Shown here: in pieces, positions 22,889-24,000 of the stretch
Layout: each line of letters opens with the position of its first letter
Position numbering within the stretch: the first letter of the stretch is position 1
Source of the DNA: Actinomycetota bacterium
GTDB taxonomy: Bacteria > Actinomycetota > Acidimicrobiia > Spongiisociales > UBA5794
Length of the DNA stretch: 24,000 nt
Direction of reading: 5' to 3'
Assembly: GCA_011371355.1 (NCBI GenBank)
Contig: DRQR01000107.1
Coordinates: forward strand, 1-24,000
Translations under genes and position numbers: made by a program
The notes under the pieces: generated by a model
Told to the model about the DNA's origin: nothing
The model's input: the letters and a program-made list of their open reading frames with translations, nothing else
The model's database searches: none

Positions 22889-23679
22889 GCGACGAACTCC
22901 ATGCCGTCGTAGGCGACCTCGAAGCCGAGGTCCCGCACCGTCGTCGCCTCCGGACCCTCGGGGACCCCGACCGGGTTCGTGTGGTTCAGGTGGGTGAAGA
23001 CGATCCGGCACCGCCCGGCGAGCTCGGCGAAGACCTCGAGGGACTCGACGATCGACGGGTGCGGCACCGCCGCCCGGTCGCGCCCTGGCGGCTCGTCGTC
23101 GCTCCAGAAGGTGCCGTCGACGAGGGCCACGTCGTGCTCGCCGACGAAGCCCGCGGCGTCCCAGCCGGACCACGTGTCCACGTCGGGCAGGTAGAGGAGC
23201 CGCAGGCCGTCGCCGACGATCGACCAGGCGAAGGTGTCGGTGAACTCGGCGCGGTGGGGGACCCGCCGGGGAACCGCCCGCCACCCCTCCCCCAGGACCA
23301 CCTCGTCTCCGGCGTCGACCACGCGATCCACGAGGTGGCGGGCGGTGAAGAGCGACCGCCACGGTTCGTTCGTGTCCAGGAAGGTGAGCATCCTCGGCGA
23401 GGCCCACACCGGCACGTCGTGCACCGCGGCCGCCTCCTTGCCGAGGTGGACGAGGCCGGCGTAGTGGCCGACGTGACCATGGGTGAGGAGGATCCCGGCG
23501 AGCCGTCTCGGCCGGAGGGGCGGCCACTGGTAGCGCAGATCGATCGAGGCGTCGACGAGCACGACGCGGTCCTCCCAGACGAGGGCGATCGACGAGGCCG
23601 TCCTCGGCGCGGCCGGACTCGGGGAGCCCACCTGGGGGATCCCGCCGTCCTGGGCGCTGCCGAGCACGACGATCCGCAC
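22885..23679 (-). CDS. MBL-fold metallo-hydrolase, PqqB-like
   Basis: Track ORF, 264 aa, GTG start. VLGSAQDGGIPQ...AAPRTASSI, ILLTHGHVGHYAGL, VALVDGTFWSDDE, VFTHLNHTNP and FEVAYDGMEF follow the PqqB block order. No SD; a TAGCTT box ends 6 nt upstream. Confidence 0.8.
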   Translation of the reverse strand: MRIVVLGSAQDGGIPQVGSPSPAAPRTASSIALVWEDRVVLVDASIDLRYQWPPLRPRRLAGILLTHGHVGHYAGLVHLGKEAAAVHDVPVWASPRMLTFLDTNEPWRSLFTARHLVDRVVDAGDEVVLGEGWRAVPRRVPHRAEFTDTFAWSIVGDGLRLLYLPDVDTWSGWDAAGFVGEHDVALVDGTFWSDDEPPGRDRAAVPHPSIVESLEVFAELAGRCRIVFTHLNHTNPVGVPEGPEATTVRDLGFEVAYDGMEFVA

Positions 23680-23685
23680 GCTCCG

Positions 23686-23691
23686 AAGCTA
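23686..23691 (-). promoter_or_regulatory. Candidate -10 box TAGCTT, leaderless PqqB-like transcript
   Basis: TANNNT on the reverse strand ends 6 nt upstream of GTG 23679. Confidence 0.35.
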
Positions 23692-23716
23692 GCCCGCGTC
23701 GGGTCCAAGGGAGGTG

Positions 23717-23722
23717 TAGGTT
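23717..23722 (+). promoter_or_regulatory. Candidate -10 box TAGGTT, leaderless GNAT transcript
   Basis: TANNNT ends 7 nt upstream of GTG 23730. It sits back to back with the 23686-23691 box in a 50-nt divergent gap. Confidence 0.3.
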
Positions 23723-23729
23723 CGGTGGG

Positions 23730-24000
23730 GTGGAGGTTCGACGCGCCAGGCCCGCCGACCTGCCGGCGATCGACCGAGTCGCCGAGGCGTCGTGCGTCGA
23801 AGCCCTCGCCGGCGTGGTGCCCCCCGAGGCGACCGTCGAGGCCCGCCGCCGGCTCTGCTCGCGGGCGGAGCTCCGCGAGGGGATCCTCGCCGGGCGGCTC
23901 CTCGTGGGCGAGCTCCCCGACGGTCGGCTCGTCGCCTTCGCCCTCGTCGCCGAGGGTGCCGAGGTCGTCGAGCTCCGCACCGCGGTCGCGCCTCGCCATC
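23730..24000 (+). CDS. GNAT-family N-acetyltransferase (N-terminal part; runs off the window end)
   Basis: Absent from the ORF track because it has no stop in the window. GTG 23730 is the first start after in-frame TAG 23718-23720. VEVRRARPADLPAIDRVAEASCVEALAGVVPPEATVEARRRLCSRAELREGILAGRLLVGELPDGRLVAFALVAEG is a typical GNAT N-terminus with high GC3. A TAGGTT box ends 7 nt upstream. Confidence 0.6.
   Translation, partial: MEVRRARPADLPAIDRVAEASCVEALAGVVPPEATVEARRRLCSRAELREGILAGRLLVGELPDGRLVAFALVAEGAEVVELRTAVAPRH

Noticed and set aside
22885-23679. A PQQ biosynthesis cluster.
   Set aside because: Only a PqqB-like gene is present. There is no pqqA peptide ORF and no pqqC, pqqD or pqqE nearby, so I do not call a PQQ pathway.
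1-24000. Mobile elements, a genomic island, a CRISPR array, tRNA or rRNA genes, or tandem repeats.
   Set aside because: There are no integrase, transposase or phage-like ORFs, and no repeat-spacer periodicity. No intergenic gap exceeds 107 nt, and no local drop in GC or change in codon style is visible by eye. The window reads as core chromosome.

Overview
Very GC-rich (roughly 70% by eye), extremely compact bacterial chromosomal segment. By my gene calls about 97% is coding, and the largest intergenic gap is 107 nt. The content looks like Actinomycetota core genome. It carries the conserved pdxS-pdxT-yebC block, the phosphatidylinositol/PIM operon pgsA-acyltransferase-pimA, thrS and a MshD-like double GNAT. 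I call 28 protein genes. Three of them are absent from the ORF track: two run off the window edges (yebC, a GNAT), and one is a 59-codon DUF1918 gene with a strong SD. I see no rRNA, tRNA, CRISPR array, transposase, integrase or prophage signal. The many very long R/P/G-rich ORFs in the track are off-frame or antisense artefacts of the high GC. About half of the starts are GTG. Points worth a second look: (1) an orphan LigD-type primase-polymerase coupled by an ATGA overlap to a SPOUT RNA methyltransferase, with no Ku or ligase nearby; (2) an MMPL/RND exporter coupled by a GTGA overlap to an unknown 2-TM protein, inserted between thrS and the PIM operon; (3) a maf-HSD-P450 operon diverging from an acyl-CoA dehydrogenase across a perfect 12-bp palindrome; (4) an APH-fold kinase-like protein whose metal-binding Asp is Asn, followed by a TM-anchored zinc-ribbon peptide; (5) a PqqB-like hydrolase without any pqq operon, coupled to DUF2905; (6) genome-architecture signals, namely a TANNNT box 6-8 nt upstream of six start codons (leaderless transcripts), five 4-nt start/stop overlaps, and five convergent gene junctions with 3 nt or less of spacer or an overlap. 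All functional calls come from motif recognition by eye; no database search was run.
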